Source: Azolla caroliniana
Lineage: Eukaryota > Plantae > Polypodiophyta
DNA length: 64,000 bases
Reading direction: 5' to 3'
NCBI GenBank assembly: GCA_043228905.1
Contig: JBHGNT010000012.1
Location: 62,001 to 126,000 of the forward strand
Positions 25,601-49,590 of the stretch are shown one piece after another. A program made the position numbers and the translations under genes. Every line of letters starts with the position of its first letter. Within the stretch, counting starts at the first letter, position 1. A model generated the notes under the pieces. The model made no database searches. It had not been told where the DNA came from and saw only the letters and a program-made list of their open reading frames with translations.

Positions 25601-26576
25601 GAATGATATTTTGTATCATAAATAACCAATTGGTAAATAGAAAAGTGTAATGATTAGCTGGGTTATGACATCTTAGAAAAAACTCAAAGCTTGTACCAAT
25701 ATTACAAAATCTTGTAACCAAAAATCTCTTTTCACAAAATAACTTTAGGTGAAGATTGTATAACCTCATTACTTTGCTCTATGGCCTTTGCATTGATTAC
25801 TTTGCTCTATGGCCTTTGCATTGATGCAAAATAAACATTCCATTGTCTAGAGCATGATGTGCTTATAATTCTTGATGGCGTTGTTGTGGCGTGGCTCTCC
25901 TAGAAGCGTAGCGTTGCGTAGACAGAAGATAACGTGAAAGTGAGGATGGAATTGCTGGGATTATGGACGGAAGAGACGAAAGAGTAGAAATAGATAAATA
26001 GTGATCAACAAGATATGACAAGATAGGATATAGAATGATAATTGAATCAATAAAAGAGATTTATAATTATTTTGATGAAAGAGTTACAAAATAGTTGCGA
26101 GCGTTGTTGAATTCGAACTTTGTCTCACAAGGTCGACCACAATCTTCTCTTCTATCTTTCAATGAGATAAGACTCAAACCTCCACCTTTTCATTGCGAGT
26201 TGAGCACCGCCGCCGCCAAGCTAGTTCTTCTCTTGTCTTTTGAAGAAGATTGTATATAGCTTTATCTTCTCACACCCTTTCTCTATTATGATATCTCTTA
26301 CAATATAATTTCGCCCAATTCCATACAATAATTCTATTCAATATGATTGATTGATTCCTTGATTTTTTGTGACCATACTCCCTTCTCCTTTTATAGGGAA
26401 GAGATGGTTCTCCATGTGGGCCATGTGGCGCACATGCAGAGAAGCTCTTGCATGTGTGCTATATGGTGCACATGCAGAGAGGCTTTTGCATGTGTGCTAT
26501 ATGGTGCACATGTGGTGCATTTCATGGTTTAAACCATACAACACTACAACACATATGTTTTATATACATCACAAGT

Positions 26577-26810
26577 ATAGGCTAAATGGGAAGGTTTGAA
26601 TGCTTGTAAGGTTTGGGTTTTTGGTTCAAGTCCCCTTTTGCCCATGTAATTTGCTGGTGTATTACATGGTTTAGAGTCTAGAGTATAAAATACTACTTCA
26701 AATAAAATAACGCAGATAATTTATTGCAAATTGTTAGTATAGGCTAAATGGTAAGGTTAGAGTGTCATAAGGTGGGGATTGTTGGCTCAAATCATCTCTT
26801 GTCCATGTAA
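26577..26810 (+). mobile_element. Two degenerate tRNA-like (SINE-head) repeats
   Basis: AGTATAGGCTAAATGG.AAGG (A-box-like) followed by GGTTCAAGTCC or GGCTCAAATC (B-box-like) and CCATGTAA, at about 26575 and 26736. Confidence 0.45.
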
Positions 26811-27719
26811 TATAACGTATTTATTTATTTATTTACCTCTACATATAATGTATAATATTATCATAGTGTGTTGTTAATATTGTCTTTATGTATAAAATAT
26901 TATCAAGATTTATTTTATTTTAGTTACGTATTTATCTTATTGTAGACTTTTAATGTGAAGCTTTCGTACTTCACGACAACGTCAACAAGTATCTTGAAGC
27001 ACATTTGGAACTCTCGGGCACACTAGCTAGAATTAGCAAACTATGAAACAAGACAAATTTTGAGGCCTCTATCTCCCTTCATGCACGAAGTCCATGTAGA
27101 GTTGTTATGTGTAGATACAACATCACTCATCAAAATCAATAATCGTTGAGTGGCTTTTCTTGTTCCATTTATACGCTTACCTCCCAGTATAGAAGGAAAG
27201 ATATAGCGAGTATGAAGCATGCATTCTTGTCCTATCTACGCCATTCAAATAACTTATATGAATAGGTACACAAAAGGACTACATTCGTCCATGGAAACAA
27301 AATTAATCCTAATGCAATTATGTATTACTCTCTTATGCATAAACACTTCAAATTCACCAACCCTTATCCATAAATCATGCATAAAACAAGCACCCAAAAA
27401 TATTGAAGTGAAAAAATACCGAATCACAAAAATGAAAAGCGTCCCAAGTAGTCAAATTATTATTAAAACCATACTGGAGCATCTCTAACATTGTGCTAAA
27501 AATAACACGAAGAACACATAAAAAGTTGGCGTGCGACATATTGTTGGTGGATTTGCATAGGCATAAATCTTGAAAATACCAAAGGCTCCATGGCTTTTAG
27601 TATATAAGAACTTTGATCATTATTGTAGTTAGGCAAGTGTGGTTGGATCAACTACAAGCCTATGTGTACATAGGTAGGCATGAGATAAAGTGGGCTATAT
27701 AAAATATTTTCATCATGGT

Positions 27720-28145
27720 CTACCAATTGGAATATTTTTCCTTTTGTTGGTGTTCATAGAATGCATAGCCAGTAGAGGCTAATGTAGCGATGCTAGCAAG
27801 CTCTGCCTCGTGCTTATGCTTTGGAGCATGGACAGGGTCAGTCGAGGCTTTGCGAGCTTTGTACTAAGAAAGATTTAACACAAAAATAAGGGTGAAAACT
27901 TTTAAAAATAGTAAAACAATTTTTTTGGATAGAGGATATTTATGTACCAGTGCAAAAGCTCCTGTGGCAATGGCACTGGCCTCACCCAAAAGCTCATTGC
28001 GTTTGAAATTATTATTAGTGGGGTCATGGTGTTTTGGTGCAGGAGCCCCCTCATATACAATCTTTTCCTTCTCGTACATGTATTCCTCCCCATAACGAGG
28101 CTTATATTGTTGTTGGTAGTATTGTTGGGTGTTGCCATACTCCAT
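27720..28145 (-). CDS. ASR: ABA/WDS-domain (ASR, abscisic acid-stress-ripening) protein, 113 aa, 2 exons
   Basis: Exons 28145-27948 and 27863-27720 with an 84-nt GT-AG intron. ELLGEASAIATGAFAL|YKARKASTDPVHAPKHKHEAELASIATLASTGYAFYEH matches the ABA/WDS consensus, including the usual intron position after AFAL. Confidence 0.9.
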
Positions 28146-28395
28146 CTTCACTCTATGGTCTATAGTCACAAGTCTCTGTTATCTTGGGTTTGTGTGGTGT
28201 CCTTGCTCATATATATATATATATATATATATATTAGGTAGGAGGTATTCCTATGTCCCCTTTTCCCATGGCGTGAGATGCTTCATTCCATTACCAATAA
28301 TAAATCATGAGAGTAAAGTAATAAAACAATTCTAAACTCTCACCCATGTGAGGGAGCCTTTAAAAAAAAGTTGAGTTCTAGAATTCTCATGATTC

Positions 28396-28444
<49 letters not shown>

Positions 28445-28697
28445 ACTAGCAATATAGCAATAAGTCTCTTCTCATCATCATTGCATTCCCCAAAAATTGT
28501 ATCACACGTCTCTCTTTGTGGTAGTCTTCTTGAGTACCTACTTCTTGGGGTATTGTTTTTATTTATCAAGTGGATTACCTTGTCGTTCATATTTTAGGTC
28601 ATACGATATCATGTTTATAAGAGTTGTGGGTATCATTAGCCACTTTGAACTCTCTAGAACCATTTCATAATCTCTTCCTTTTTTTTTTATCGTAATT

Positions 28698-28884
28698 AGC
28701 TTACCCTAGTGGTAAGTCGATAACACTACAAGCACTGTGTCTTGGGTTCAAAACCCAATTTCCTCACCTCTCTATTATATACTTTCATATATATATCTCT
28801 ATTTCACTAGATGCCACTGTGGAATGTAGGGGTTGAACCCATGACCACCTGGTCTCCATTGGGCAACCTTACCAACTGAGCTTC

Positions 28885-28925
<41 letters not shown>

Positions 28926-28943
28926 CTCTATTTCACTAGATGC
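28698..28943. mobile_element. Convergent pair of tRNA-derived SINE-like heads next to the gap
   Basis: Plus strand 28698-28768: CTAGTGGTAAG...GGGTTCAAAACCC. Minus strand 28886-28812: AGCTCAGTTGGTAAGG...GGGTTCAACCCC. TATATCTCTATTTCACTAGATGC is repeated at 28792 and 28921. Confidence 0.55.
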
Positions 28944-29043
28944 NNNNNNNNNNNNNNNNNNNNNNNNNNNNNNNNNNNNNNNNNNNNNNNNNNNNNNNNN
29001 NNNNNNNNNNNNNNNNNNNNNNNNNNNNNNNNNNNNNNNNNNN
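28944..29043. other. Assembly gap (100 N)
   Basis: Run of N of placeholder length. Confidence 1.
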
Positions 29044-29159
29044 GTTCCTTCTGGGTAGTGCTTGTATGTATGTAATGGGTAGTAAGTAGTAGAGTAAGTA
29101 AAGGTGAGGATCGGGTGAGCAGGCCAGAGATTCTGTTGACCCAAGTAAGCAAAGCAATT
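29044..29159. repeat. 116-bp copy of the HPt gene upstream/leader region 44774-44891
   Basis: Direct repeat, identical apart from a 2-nt indel (CTTGTATG vs CTTGTGTATG). Confidence 0.97.
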
Positions 29160-29505
29160 GCACCACATTTCACATACATATCGACTAATGCAGTGCCAAG
29201 CACACTGTCATTTCCCAACATCCCATGTTTCACAATTTCTGCATGAAATTCGCTTCCCTTTTGAGCATCTTTAATGCTACTACAAGCTTTCAGAATGCAA
29301 ACATAGGTGAGTGCATCAGGGGACAACCCCTTTTGTTGCATCTTCTCAAAGCAACAGAGAGCTTTTTCCCCATGCCCATATTGAGCATAGCCTCCAATGA
29401 GGGCCGTCCATGAGACTACATTCTGAGTTGGGAGCTCATCAAAGACGAGTTGTGCTTTGGAAAGAGCACCACATTTAGCATACAAATCCACTAAGGCTGT
29501 AGGGT
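29160..29505 (-). pseudogene. PLS-class pentatricopeptide-repeat gene fragment (about 3 motifs)
   Basis: TALVDLYAKCGALSKAQLVFDELPTQNVVSWTALIGGYAQYGHGEKAL...TYVCILKACSSIKDAQKG...GTALVDMYVKCGA. It is truncated at both ends, with no transit peptide and no E/DYW domain. Confidence 0.9.
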
Positions 29506-29916
29506 GCATTTCAGAGGCCAAGTGCAATTTGCACTATTAGATCATTTTCTAAAAAACTACTGGAGTTTCCCATAGCCCGATTCTGACAACCTCTGTCATC
29601 AAAGCATTAAAAATTCCACTACCAAAATAACAATTGATATAAATGTGTTTTGAAAATACTTAAATCTTCAAATTACACAAATTGCCAACCACAAAAAGTT
29701 TCTAAGGTTTGCTTTTGGAGACCAAAATCTCCAAAGTTAAAGACCAAAAACATTTTGTTGCAATTAACATTTGAGACTCTTGAAGTCCTAAACCCTAAAC
29801 CCAAAACTAAACCCTAAACCCCCTCAACCCAAACACATCTTATCAAGAAGAATTAAATTATTGTCTCTTAACTTCCGGCTCACAAAAAATACTGATTTGA
29901 CCTTGGAAGAGGCAAA

Positions 29917-40169
<10,253 letters not shown>

Positions 40170-41977
40170 GTTGAAGAAGAAGAAGAAGAAGAAGAAGAAG
40201 AAGAGGAGGAGCCGATATCACACAGCAGCCAGCCCACGTGTGTCTGTGTCTGTGTCTATAAACAACGTTGTTTTGTGCTTTTTATTGATACCTCCCTCTC
40301 CTTTAAACAACGTTGTTTTGTGCTTTTTTATGATACCTCTCCTTTTGATGTTACTGCAAGCAATAGGATTTCAACATCCAAATTAAGCATTTACATGCCA
40401 TGTCCTTTCTCACTTCTACCATAACTTTTCACTCTTTGCAACTTAGAAATTTGCCTCGAGACCAACCAATTAAACATTATTCTTATTTGCAAAGTGAGCA
40501 CCGTTAAAAAAGAATGGAAGTGATGGATGGCCATGTGCGCAAATAAGAAAAAAAAATTGCATATGAATTGGATGAAGAGGCGTTCAAGTTCTGCTTAGTG
40601 CAAGTTTAGCATGTGTCATGCTCGAGAAGCCTTAAACAAGCACCTTTTTTTCTGCAAGTTAATGAAAAGCCTTGTTTCGACAAATTCATTCAATACCTCG
40701 AGAACATAACCTAGTCTCGGAAGCATGTAATACAATATTATTAATTCAATATTCAGAACCTATCAATGATTGCCATAATGAGATAACCATGAAGGTTTGT
40801 TAAAGCTTTGCTTTCCCCAATCTAGAGATGGTGATGGCCATATCTCTGACCCACGAGAGATTCCTCAACCTCGACGACTACCTCCATTATTACCAGGGAA
40901 ACCACATGACTCCACAAAAGACTCTATTGTGCTAAAGACTCGGAGTTTACTTGCCTCATTATTAATTATCGATCTGTGAATACATACATACATTATTACA
41001 TATGTACATACAAATACATAGATACGTACGTACGTACATAGTACGTCTATACGTACATGCATACATACGGACATACTTATGCATGCATTCAAAAAAGGTT
41101 GAGAGACGAAGGCGAGCGAGGTAGGCGAAGGAGAGGAGGAGGAAGAAGTCCCTCTCCTATCTATTAGTGGTTGTATATTGTTGCAAATGTTAGTTTTCCC
41201 AAATGCCCCTGTAAGAGCCAAACACGTTTTTATTGGTCCCCCAAAGTATCCTATTTGATCAACCCCCTCCAAGAGAGAAAATAATGAGCATGAAATGATT
41301 AGGCATATAAGTCCTTAAATTTGTGCATCAAATTTAATAAGCAATGGGGATGGCATGAACATATAATTGCTTGACATGGGGTGAACTAAAGGCATTTGGG
41401 ACATCAACCAAATTTGAACGGTTTTAACTTCTGGGGGAGGTTTCCTTCCTTTTCGAGTACGAAACAGTAGGACATTGTCAATCCATGCCAAACATGGGTT
41501 GGAATTTAGTAGGATTTTTATCTTCTCCTATTAGTTTTTGCTATTGGGTCACTTTCACACTGGTTAGCAAATGTGGTCAAAAATCCATCATAGGCCACAA
41601 CTAAAACAGAAGATCAATCTCCAACGACAATTGAATTAAATGACATTATTTATCATGAATACATAAGCTCTAAAGCAAACAAAGGCCTTGCCACATCAAA
41701 GATCAAAGTTTGAATCACTCAACTTATAATCACATGTGAAAACATCGGCCACTACTGACTATATAGTAAACACTACAAGTATTAACAACCTAAAAGATAT
41801 TAAATCTCGGAGAATGGAGCCAATAGTACGTAAAATGAGTAGTATGTCCAGGCCTCCAACAGAGCACATGACTTCAGCTGAGATGCTAAGCAACTTCTCA
41901 TTCCAAATCTCCAGGTTCATGCAACAGAAAGAGGCAGCATTCTCTAATCCACACAACACGCCTCCAATCCATTGGCT

Positions 41978-44627
41978 TCACTCTATCATCGGAACAACTC
42001 CCCCAGCAGCAATAATTTGCTTTTCAAGCTATGAAAAAGAAGATCGAAAACCAGAATTAATTCCAGATTAAGGGAATTCGTAGAAAAGAGATGGGAAGTT
42101 TCCAGATTACCCCCTCATATTGGGTGATAAATTTAAAGGCATCCTTACAGCTCCTAACAAACAATAGCTGCCCTTGATCAAAAAGGGTAAGGCGATCGTC
42201 CTTAATTTAAACCAGTTAAATTCTCATTGTGGATGATAAACTCAATTCACATAGAGATTGAGATTGTCGCAATGGGACTAATTAATAAATCGATTAATGG
42301 GGTTAATTCCAACAATGGTATTATTAATTAGGCCTTTTAAATCGTAAAGAGCACACACAAATCATAAGGGTAGTTACAAATACAAAAATAATCCCCCAAA
42401 AAAGTAGTGGAGTGTGCATGCAGATATCTTCACCTGCATCAAAGTATCGAGCTTCTCTCTAACAGCATAAAACTCTTGTTTGATCTGCTGTAGAGCCTGC
42501 AAACACCTGTAGACACATTCGAGCACAAAAAGAAATGATAACTATAGAATTCGAAAAGATCGCAGCTAATTATACATAAATGAGTGTTGGTGTATCTACG
42601 CTTCTTTGTTGCTTGCGTCTGCATAGGCTCGAAAATCCAAGCACACAGCTTTAATTCGCTGAGCACCTACACTGCAAAACGCAGCAAAAACAACTTCCTG
42701 ATATTATACACCGTGCAAAAAATGCCCCGTTTTCTCTTTCATCTCAAATCATTTTGTGCTCATGTAGCATGTGACACTCATTTATCTGCAATACCTCTAC
42801 AATCTAGAGTAACTTAAGAGATCAAACAGAAGTATCTTTATTTTTAGTAACTTTTTTTCACTAGATAATCATAGCAATTGTGGGAACGAACTGATCTCTA
42901 TTGGCTATAGGTAGAGCTATAATGAGGAGATCTAAGGGGCATGCTTGGGTAACATACAAAAAGGAGGTCTAAAGGTGGTGTGTAGACAACATCTGCCTCT
43001 GTTGAATATATGTTAGACAAGTACAAACCTAGAACTGCTTCCTTTGAACTGATGCACATATGCGTCTACCTTCTTGAAATTGATCGGTTCTTGCTCACTG
43101 CAACAAGTGCTAGGATTAGAAGCTAAGTACAGAACGTGTGACAAATAGAGCCATCTCACACAAAGTTAATAAAAACGTACAGTGCTTTTGTAAGCTCTGA
43201 GAGGAGCCTTTCCGAATCTTCAGCAAACAGATTGATGACTTCAGCAACAAAATCTGGATTGCTTTCATCTTGAAGCATTTGAAGCTGAGTAAACTGGTCA
43301 TCTAGAAATCCCTGCATTGAGAAGGTATAACCCTGTCATTTCTGTTTCATCTGTGATTATTCTCTTCTTTAATATTACCATGTGGTGGAGGACCAGCAAC
43401 ACATGCAATGAAATAACCATAACAAGTGGACCGCAAATGATACTGACGTATGTGAACACTGTTTTATACTTGATGGTATGCTTCACAGCTAATCTCTCAT
43501 CACACAGTGGAAGAGGAAGTTACGTGCAAGAGGAGGTTAAGATCTTTTGTGATGACCTACTTACTTCATATGCGGACTTCTAAGAACAAAGATGTGTCAT
43601 GTCGATACACTTTGAGTGCCTTGGGGTCTTATGATAGACTAAACCAAGTTTCAACCATGCCATGGACAAGATGGCCAGGCCAGTCTACTTACTAACCAAC
43701 CACTAACTAGTAGTCAGGAGGAATTTGAACTAAATTCAGTGTTATTAGCAGGAACTCTATGTCCAAATCAACCCTTGTAATTGGGATAAACCAAATGCAC
43801 TTAGAGATGTATCATGGAGCTATAGGGGTTACAAGAAAAGTTTCACAAAGAGGGTTCTTTTTTCGCTCATTTTTATACATTGGTCTTCTACAAAATCAAA
43901 TACTTGACCTGGTTCATGACACCTTTCAGGGTTCCCATTTCTTCTGAAAGATTGGGATATCTACTTTAGAGAACTCGATACGTTGATGGTGCATCTTTGT
44001 AGTCCATGACTTCTTCTGAATTATTGAGATACCCAATATAGAGGTAGTGTTTTGAGGAGTTACGTCTGAGTTTTAAGTAACCCATTTCCACAAGAAAATG
44101 AGAGAAGCTCAAAATACCAGGATATGGGTGCGTGTGTCTTTATCAATGGCTTGAGGAATTTGATGCAACAAATAATGATTAAGATTGGAAATAGAAGAGT
44201 TATCAAGTATAGGGCTGTATGTATTCGCCACTAAGGATGAAGAAAAAGAGAATTTATGTATAGGGGAAATAGAGACGTTTTACAATGCTTTTCAAAAATG
44301 TCATGTCGGACTTCATGCATCAATCAACAGGAGAGATCCAGAGAAGAGGAGCCATGTAAAGGGAATGGAGTCTAGTGAAAATTCTCATTTCTATTTTGTT
44401 TTTTTTGTTTTTTTCTCTTTGCTTTGTTTTATTTCAAGGACATGGTTTTATATTAGATGTATGAATCTCTCTCACGCTCTCGAAATTCAGAAGATAAGAA
44501 CACGGAGTTTCAACAGATAAGAGAAGGAAGAGAGAGAGGTACAAAATAGAGAGGAAAGAAAGCCCACCTCTTGAAACATGTCATTCGTGAAATCCGCGAA
44601 TTTCTGTTGTAATTTGGTCACTTCCAT
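41978..44627 (-). CDS. AHP: Histidine-containing phosphotransfer protein (AHP/HPt, cytokinin two-component relay), 151 aa, 6 exons
   Basis: Exons: 44627-44568, 43311-43181, 43097-43029, 42671-42600, 42506-42434, 42028-41978. Motifs: [41 protein letters not shown] (phospho-His intact), [10 protein letters not shown]. Confidence 0.97.
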
Positions 44628-44924
44628 CGTTGCTGAATCCACCCAACAGAGGAAAAAGTATGACAGGGGGAAAAGCTCAATAAAATAAAAGAAGAGAGGA
44701 ATCAGAGAGCTTGAAGAAGATACACCATAGCCTCTGTCTCTGTCTCTCTCACACACACTGTCTGTGTTTGAGTGTTCCTTCTGGGTAGTGCTTGTGTATG
44801 TATGTAATGGGTAGTAAGTAGTAGAGTAAGTAAAGGTGAGGATCGGGTGAGCAGGCCAGAGATTCTGTTGACCCAAGTAAGCAAAGCAATTTTGGTTGGA
44901 GAATTTAGAAGAAAGAAAGAGAGA

Positions 44925-45058
44925 AAGGCCTCTCTCTCTCTCCAGAGACAGACAGACAGACAGACAGAAGAAAGAGAGCGAGAGACGAGGATTTAAATAG
45001 ACAGAGACAAGAAGACTGCTACTGCTAGCACAGCCTAGAGAGAGAGAGAGAGAGAGAG

Positions 45059-45095
<37 letters not shown>

Positions 45096-45245
45096 CCCTC
45101 CCCCTCGGGTCCCTCACCTTTTGCTTTCTTTTTGTTTTTTGCCCTTTTTTGCTCTCTCTGTCTCTGTCTCTGTCTCATGGTATCCATGTGATCTGCTTTT
45201 CGGTTTTCATTATGCCGATCATGCTTTTCATTCCGTCATCATCGT

Positions 45246-45281
<36 letters not shown>

Positions 45282-45350
45282 ATACATAGATATCTATCTA
45301 TCCATCTACATACATACATACATACATACATACATACATACATACATACG
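44925..45350. repeat. Microsatellite cluster upstream of HPt: (CT)n, (GACA)n, (GA)n(GT)n, (TACA)n, with a TATA-like TATTTAAA on the minus strand at about 44992-44999
   Basis: Directly visible simple repeats. The promoter role is inferred from position. Confidence 0.7.
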
Positions 45351-48169
45351 GATATGTATGTACATGCATGTTTCCTAATCTGCCATAAATTGCCAACCAA
45401 CAAGAACAACAACAAATCCAACAAGTTCGAGGATCACACCTCCACCCAAAATGAACAGCTAAAACATACACCCATCTTCCTCAATGGACACACACCCTAC
45501 AACCTTTTTTGCGCCAACTCCCTCCTCGATGCACATTGATATGAACCAATCCGACACGAACATTTACGTACCGCCACGTTACGATATCGTCATTGATCAA
45601 CTCCTAGCTCCACATATACGTAGACCATTTCGTGGTTTATGGAATATCTTCCTCGTTTCAACAATAGTCACAAGGACATTTGGTATGCAAATTTGGCATC
45701 AAACAATATGAATTCATCATGAAAGAAGAATATAGACTTCGCATCCCAACTATACCATCGTTTATGCATCAGTAGTTAACAGGAGGTCATCCATCCTATG
45801 CATCTCCATGTACCCAAAAAAATTAGTTCGTCCACGAGTTAACATCCACCCTTTCAGTCCACTCATCTTAGGGCAAGGTCATATGTTGGCTATCGTGTTG
45901 GATTATGTCACAGATACACATACTTGTTCCGGCAAAATATCCATTAAATTTTTATCTTGACTAAGAAGGATCGTCCTCTACTTATTTATTGCAAGGAAAT
46001 GCACACCCTTGGTTCTCACTGTCATATGGAGGAGGATATGCAACACCCTTGAGAAAGTTGGGCAAACAAAATCTATTTTTCAGGTGCATCAAAACATTGA
46101 CATTGCAAAAATCACACACATGTACCACATTTGGTGTAATATAATTAACCATCCTTGATATTATCCATTGCCCCTGTGTGATATTGTGCATTATCACAAC
46201 TTGCTCCTCGTGGAACCACCACAACATGGTGCCCCTAGGTTTAACACCCAAAATACTTTGCATTATTGTTCATGATCAACCATTATGTGTCATCGATAGA
46301 CATGTGGAGAGTTTTTGGCATTCACATAGCAAATGTATTGCCAATTTCATTATGGGTTGGTTATAAGATGAGAATTCATACTGGATAGTACACAACAATA
46401 GCTTCCCTTGAAATGGAGAATGATACTACTTTTTATAGTAGGAACTTGCAAATTTTCTTAGAAAGGAAACAAAATATAGACACACCATGTGTTTGTTACA
46501 TTTCATAAGCTGGCAAGTTAAGGTGATTTAGATAAGACAATGCTAAATTTGCCAATAATAGCTTTGCGCTCATTTATGGGGATTTGATGCAAAGACAAAC
46601 GAGAGTAAGATCATCATTCTAACCATGAGGAAATCAAGACAAACAAGAGTAAGATCATCATTCTAACATGAGGAAATCATGACATGCTAGTGGACAAAGT
46701 ATGGAATCGATGAAACCGAAGAACTGAATACATAATTGCTAGGCATGTTGTTGAAAGGATGGATAACCAAAATAAAAGACGAGTGGAAATTGCTTTCAAC
46801 AGGAAAAGAAATGGTATATTCATTGTATTGTGTGAAAAAATAGTCACGATGAGCCTTAATTGGTCAAATTGAATGCGTTGCATGTTAAAGTGACAAACAT
46901 TTAACAATAATTAGATGGGTTGCCTCATTTGACAACAAAACAATGTCTCTAGCATAGGAGCAGATGCGTTATTGGTTTCTGCATTTATGTCTTTTCAACA
47001 CACCTATCCTATACATTTCAATGTAGGCATGTTAGCACACATTTGGAAGGCCATTGCCAAAAATATACCACAATTTTATCAAGATTCAATATTAGAGATC
47101 TCGTAATGTTTTACATTGGAGACTTGAGCAAGCATTATCGTTGAGATACTCGAGAAGCATATAAGTCAACTCATCATAACAAACTCAGTGTTGAGTCTTT
47201 AAAGGAGATTAAGGAGGATATTATATATGGCACCCCCACTAATATACTAGTGGCCCCTTTTTCCCAATGATGTACGAGTCACGACTTCCATTTTGAAGAA
47301 TGAATGTTCATGTAATGATTGATGGTACAAATGTGATCTACACAATCTTCAACTTTGGGTAGTTAAATTGACAAAGACTCGAGGCATGTTGTTGCATGTT
47401 GTTGAGGTAATGTAAATTTCAAGTATTCTCTCTCAAGAGGGAGTGTTGATCATTAAAATATTATCTTTCAATAGAATATTCTTTGTTATATTGTACCCTC
47501 CATATGAACGCATCCAACTTTATTGTTAATTTCAAGAATCTCATCTAGGTCACCACTTAGCCCTAGTATGATAGCATATAGATAATAGCAACCAAATTTG
47601 TAGCTTCGACAAGAAATCACCCAATGTCTAGTGGTAGTAACTTATCCTCGAATAAGTGGCTTACATCCAAAAAGCATACACAAGTTTCCTCTTATTTTGC
47701 ATTACATTCATAACCAAAATGAATTCCATGCATGCCAAGACACATGCTATTTGGAAAATGTACATAAACTCTTAATTGTGTTATAATCCATGATTTTTAA
47801 TGAGATGTTTGATTCACGTCTATGATTTCGCTATTTTTAACAAGATGCTTGCATTGATGTTATGTTAATGTACTTTATGCAATTGGTGGCAATGTTCTAA
47901 AATAATTCCTTCTTCTCATTGTGTAGTTAATTTCTCTAGCGAAAACCAAGGAACCTTTATTTTCCTTTTGCCTTGTTTAGTAAAAGTAATGAAACTCTAT
48001 TTTCTTTCTTTCTTGATTGGTTTTTTATTAGAAAATGAATGATTTTAATATTCCCCCACTTATACTTTTTCATTTGATTGATTTGGTTTCTTCTCACTTC
48101 CAAGGGAATTTATTGGTAAGTCACAAGTTACAACTTCTACCTTTTATCGACGTTTTGATGTCTTTCCAC

Positions 48170-49590
48170 CCACACTCATTGGCTTATGTATTGATAAATT
48201 AGAAGAAGTGGTAAATAGATTGCAAGGGAAGAAGGATCGAATGCTCCCAAATTGATGCAACATGTTATCTTATTGCTTCTATATGTTGATGATGTGGTAC
48301 TCTTCTCATATGATGTTGATAAAATGCAAAATTTACTTGGGGTATTCGAAGAATTTTGCCATAGTAGTGGACTAGCAGTCAATGTGGAGAAAACAAAAAT
48401 GATGGTCGTGCAAACCATCCAACCTCATCATTACCCTATCTCACATATAGCGATGAACATATACAATTTGTTCAAAGCTTTAACTATCTTGGTATTGATG
48501 TACCTGCCACAAATAAATGGAGTGCATGCTTTGGTTCTAGGCTCCAAACCGGTTGGAAATCATATTACCTTTTGGAGAACCGATGCAACCAGAGTGATAC
48601 TTGTGGATGGGAAGTAAAACTAATGTTGTTCAATGTCATGGTAACACAAGTATTGCTTTATGGAATAGAAGTATGGGGTGGCACAATCTCTCTCAGTGCA
48701 TGGAATGAGATTGAGAAAATTCAAAAGATGTTTTTAAGGAGGCAAATAGAAGTTAAATGCACTACCTCTTACCAAGTTATGCTCTTGGAAACAAGTGTTC
48801 GACTCATAGAACTATTGGCACTCCAAAAAGTATATAAATACATTACAAAAGTCAAGAATATGTCGAATCATCAATTACCACATCTTGCTTGGAATGTTGG
48901 ATGTAAGCTACAAAAGAATCATAAAAGTAAGATTCTCTCATTAGGTTGGGTTGTTGACATAAGGAAATGGTTTAGAAGATGGGTTTGGATGATCTTTTAG
49001 AGCTTTCGGGCAATGCTATGCAGTATGTAATGATCGAGGAAAGGTTGATGGAATCATTAAGGATGACGTGGGAAGATGCTAAGAGGACAAAGCTAGAATA
49101 CTACATTGCAAATGTTGGTCTCAATATAAAGCAAGAATGCCTATTGATCGTATCCAACCTTATCTCATTACCAATATGAGTAGTAATGCTCGTAGAGCCC
49201 TTACACTACTTCGCACTCAATCTCACAAGTTAGGTATTGAAGTTGCATCATGGTATCAAAATGTAACTAATTTGAAGACATGCAAAGTATGCAACGAAGG
49301 CACGGTAGAGGATGAATGTCACTTGCTCTTCACATGCTCGACATATAGTGCAATTTGTTCAAGATATGCTAACATACTAAGAGGGAGTGATAACTCAAGT
49401 GTCATACTTAAGACACCACCGAGAAGGTTGAGCTCATATGTGTATGCTTTATTCACACATAGAGACTTTGTGCTTCAATGTATGAATACCCCTTCTTAGG
49501 AAGGAGACACGTTTCAAGAACACATGTATACTTTGGTCCCATAGGTCAAATTTGGCCTCTTTATGGACGATAAAAAATTCTAATCCTTTT
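48170..49590 (+). mobile_element. 5'-truncated LINE (RTE/RTEX-like), RT to 3' end, frameshifted
   Basis: [46 protein letters not shown] and CKVCNEGTVEDECHLLFTC across ORFs 48252-49499. Confidence 0.9.

Noticed and set aside
28920-29168. ORFs spanning the N run
   Set aside because: They are artefacts of the assembly gap.
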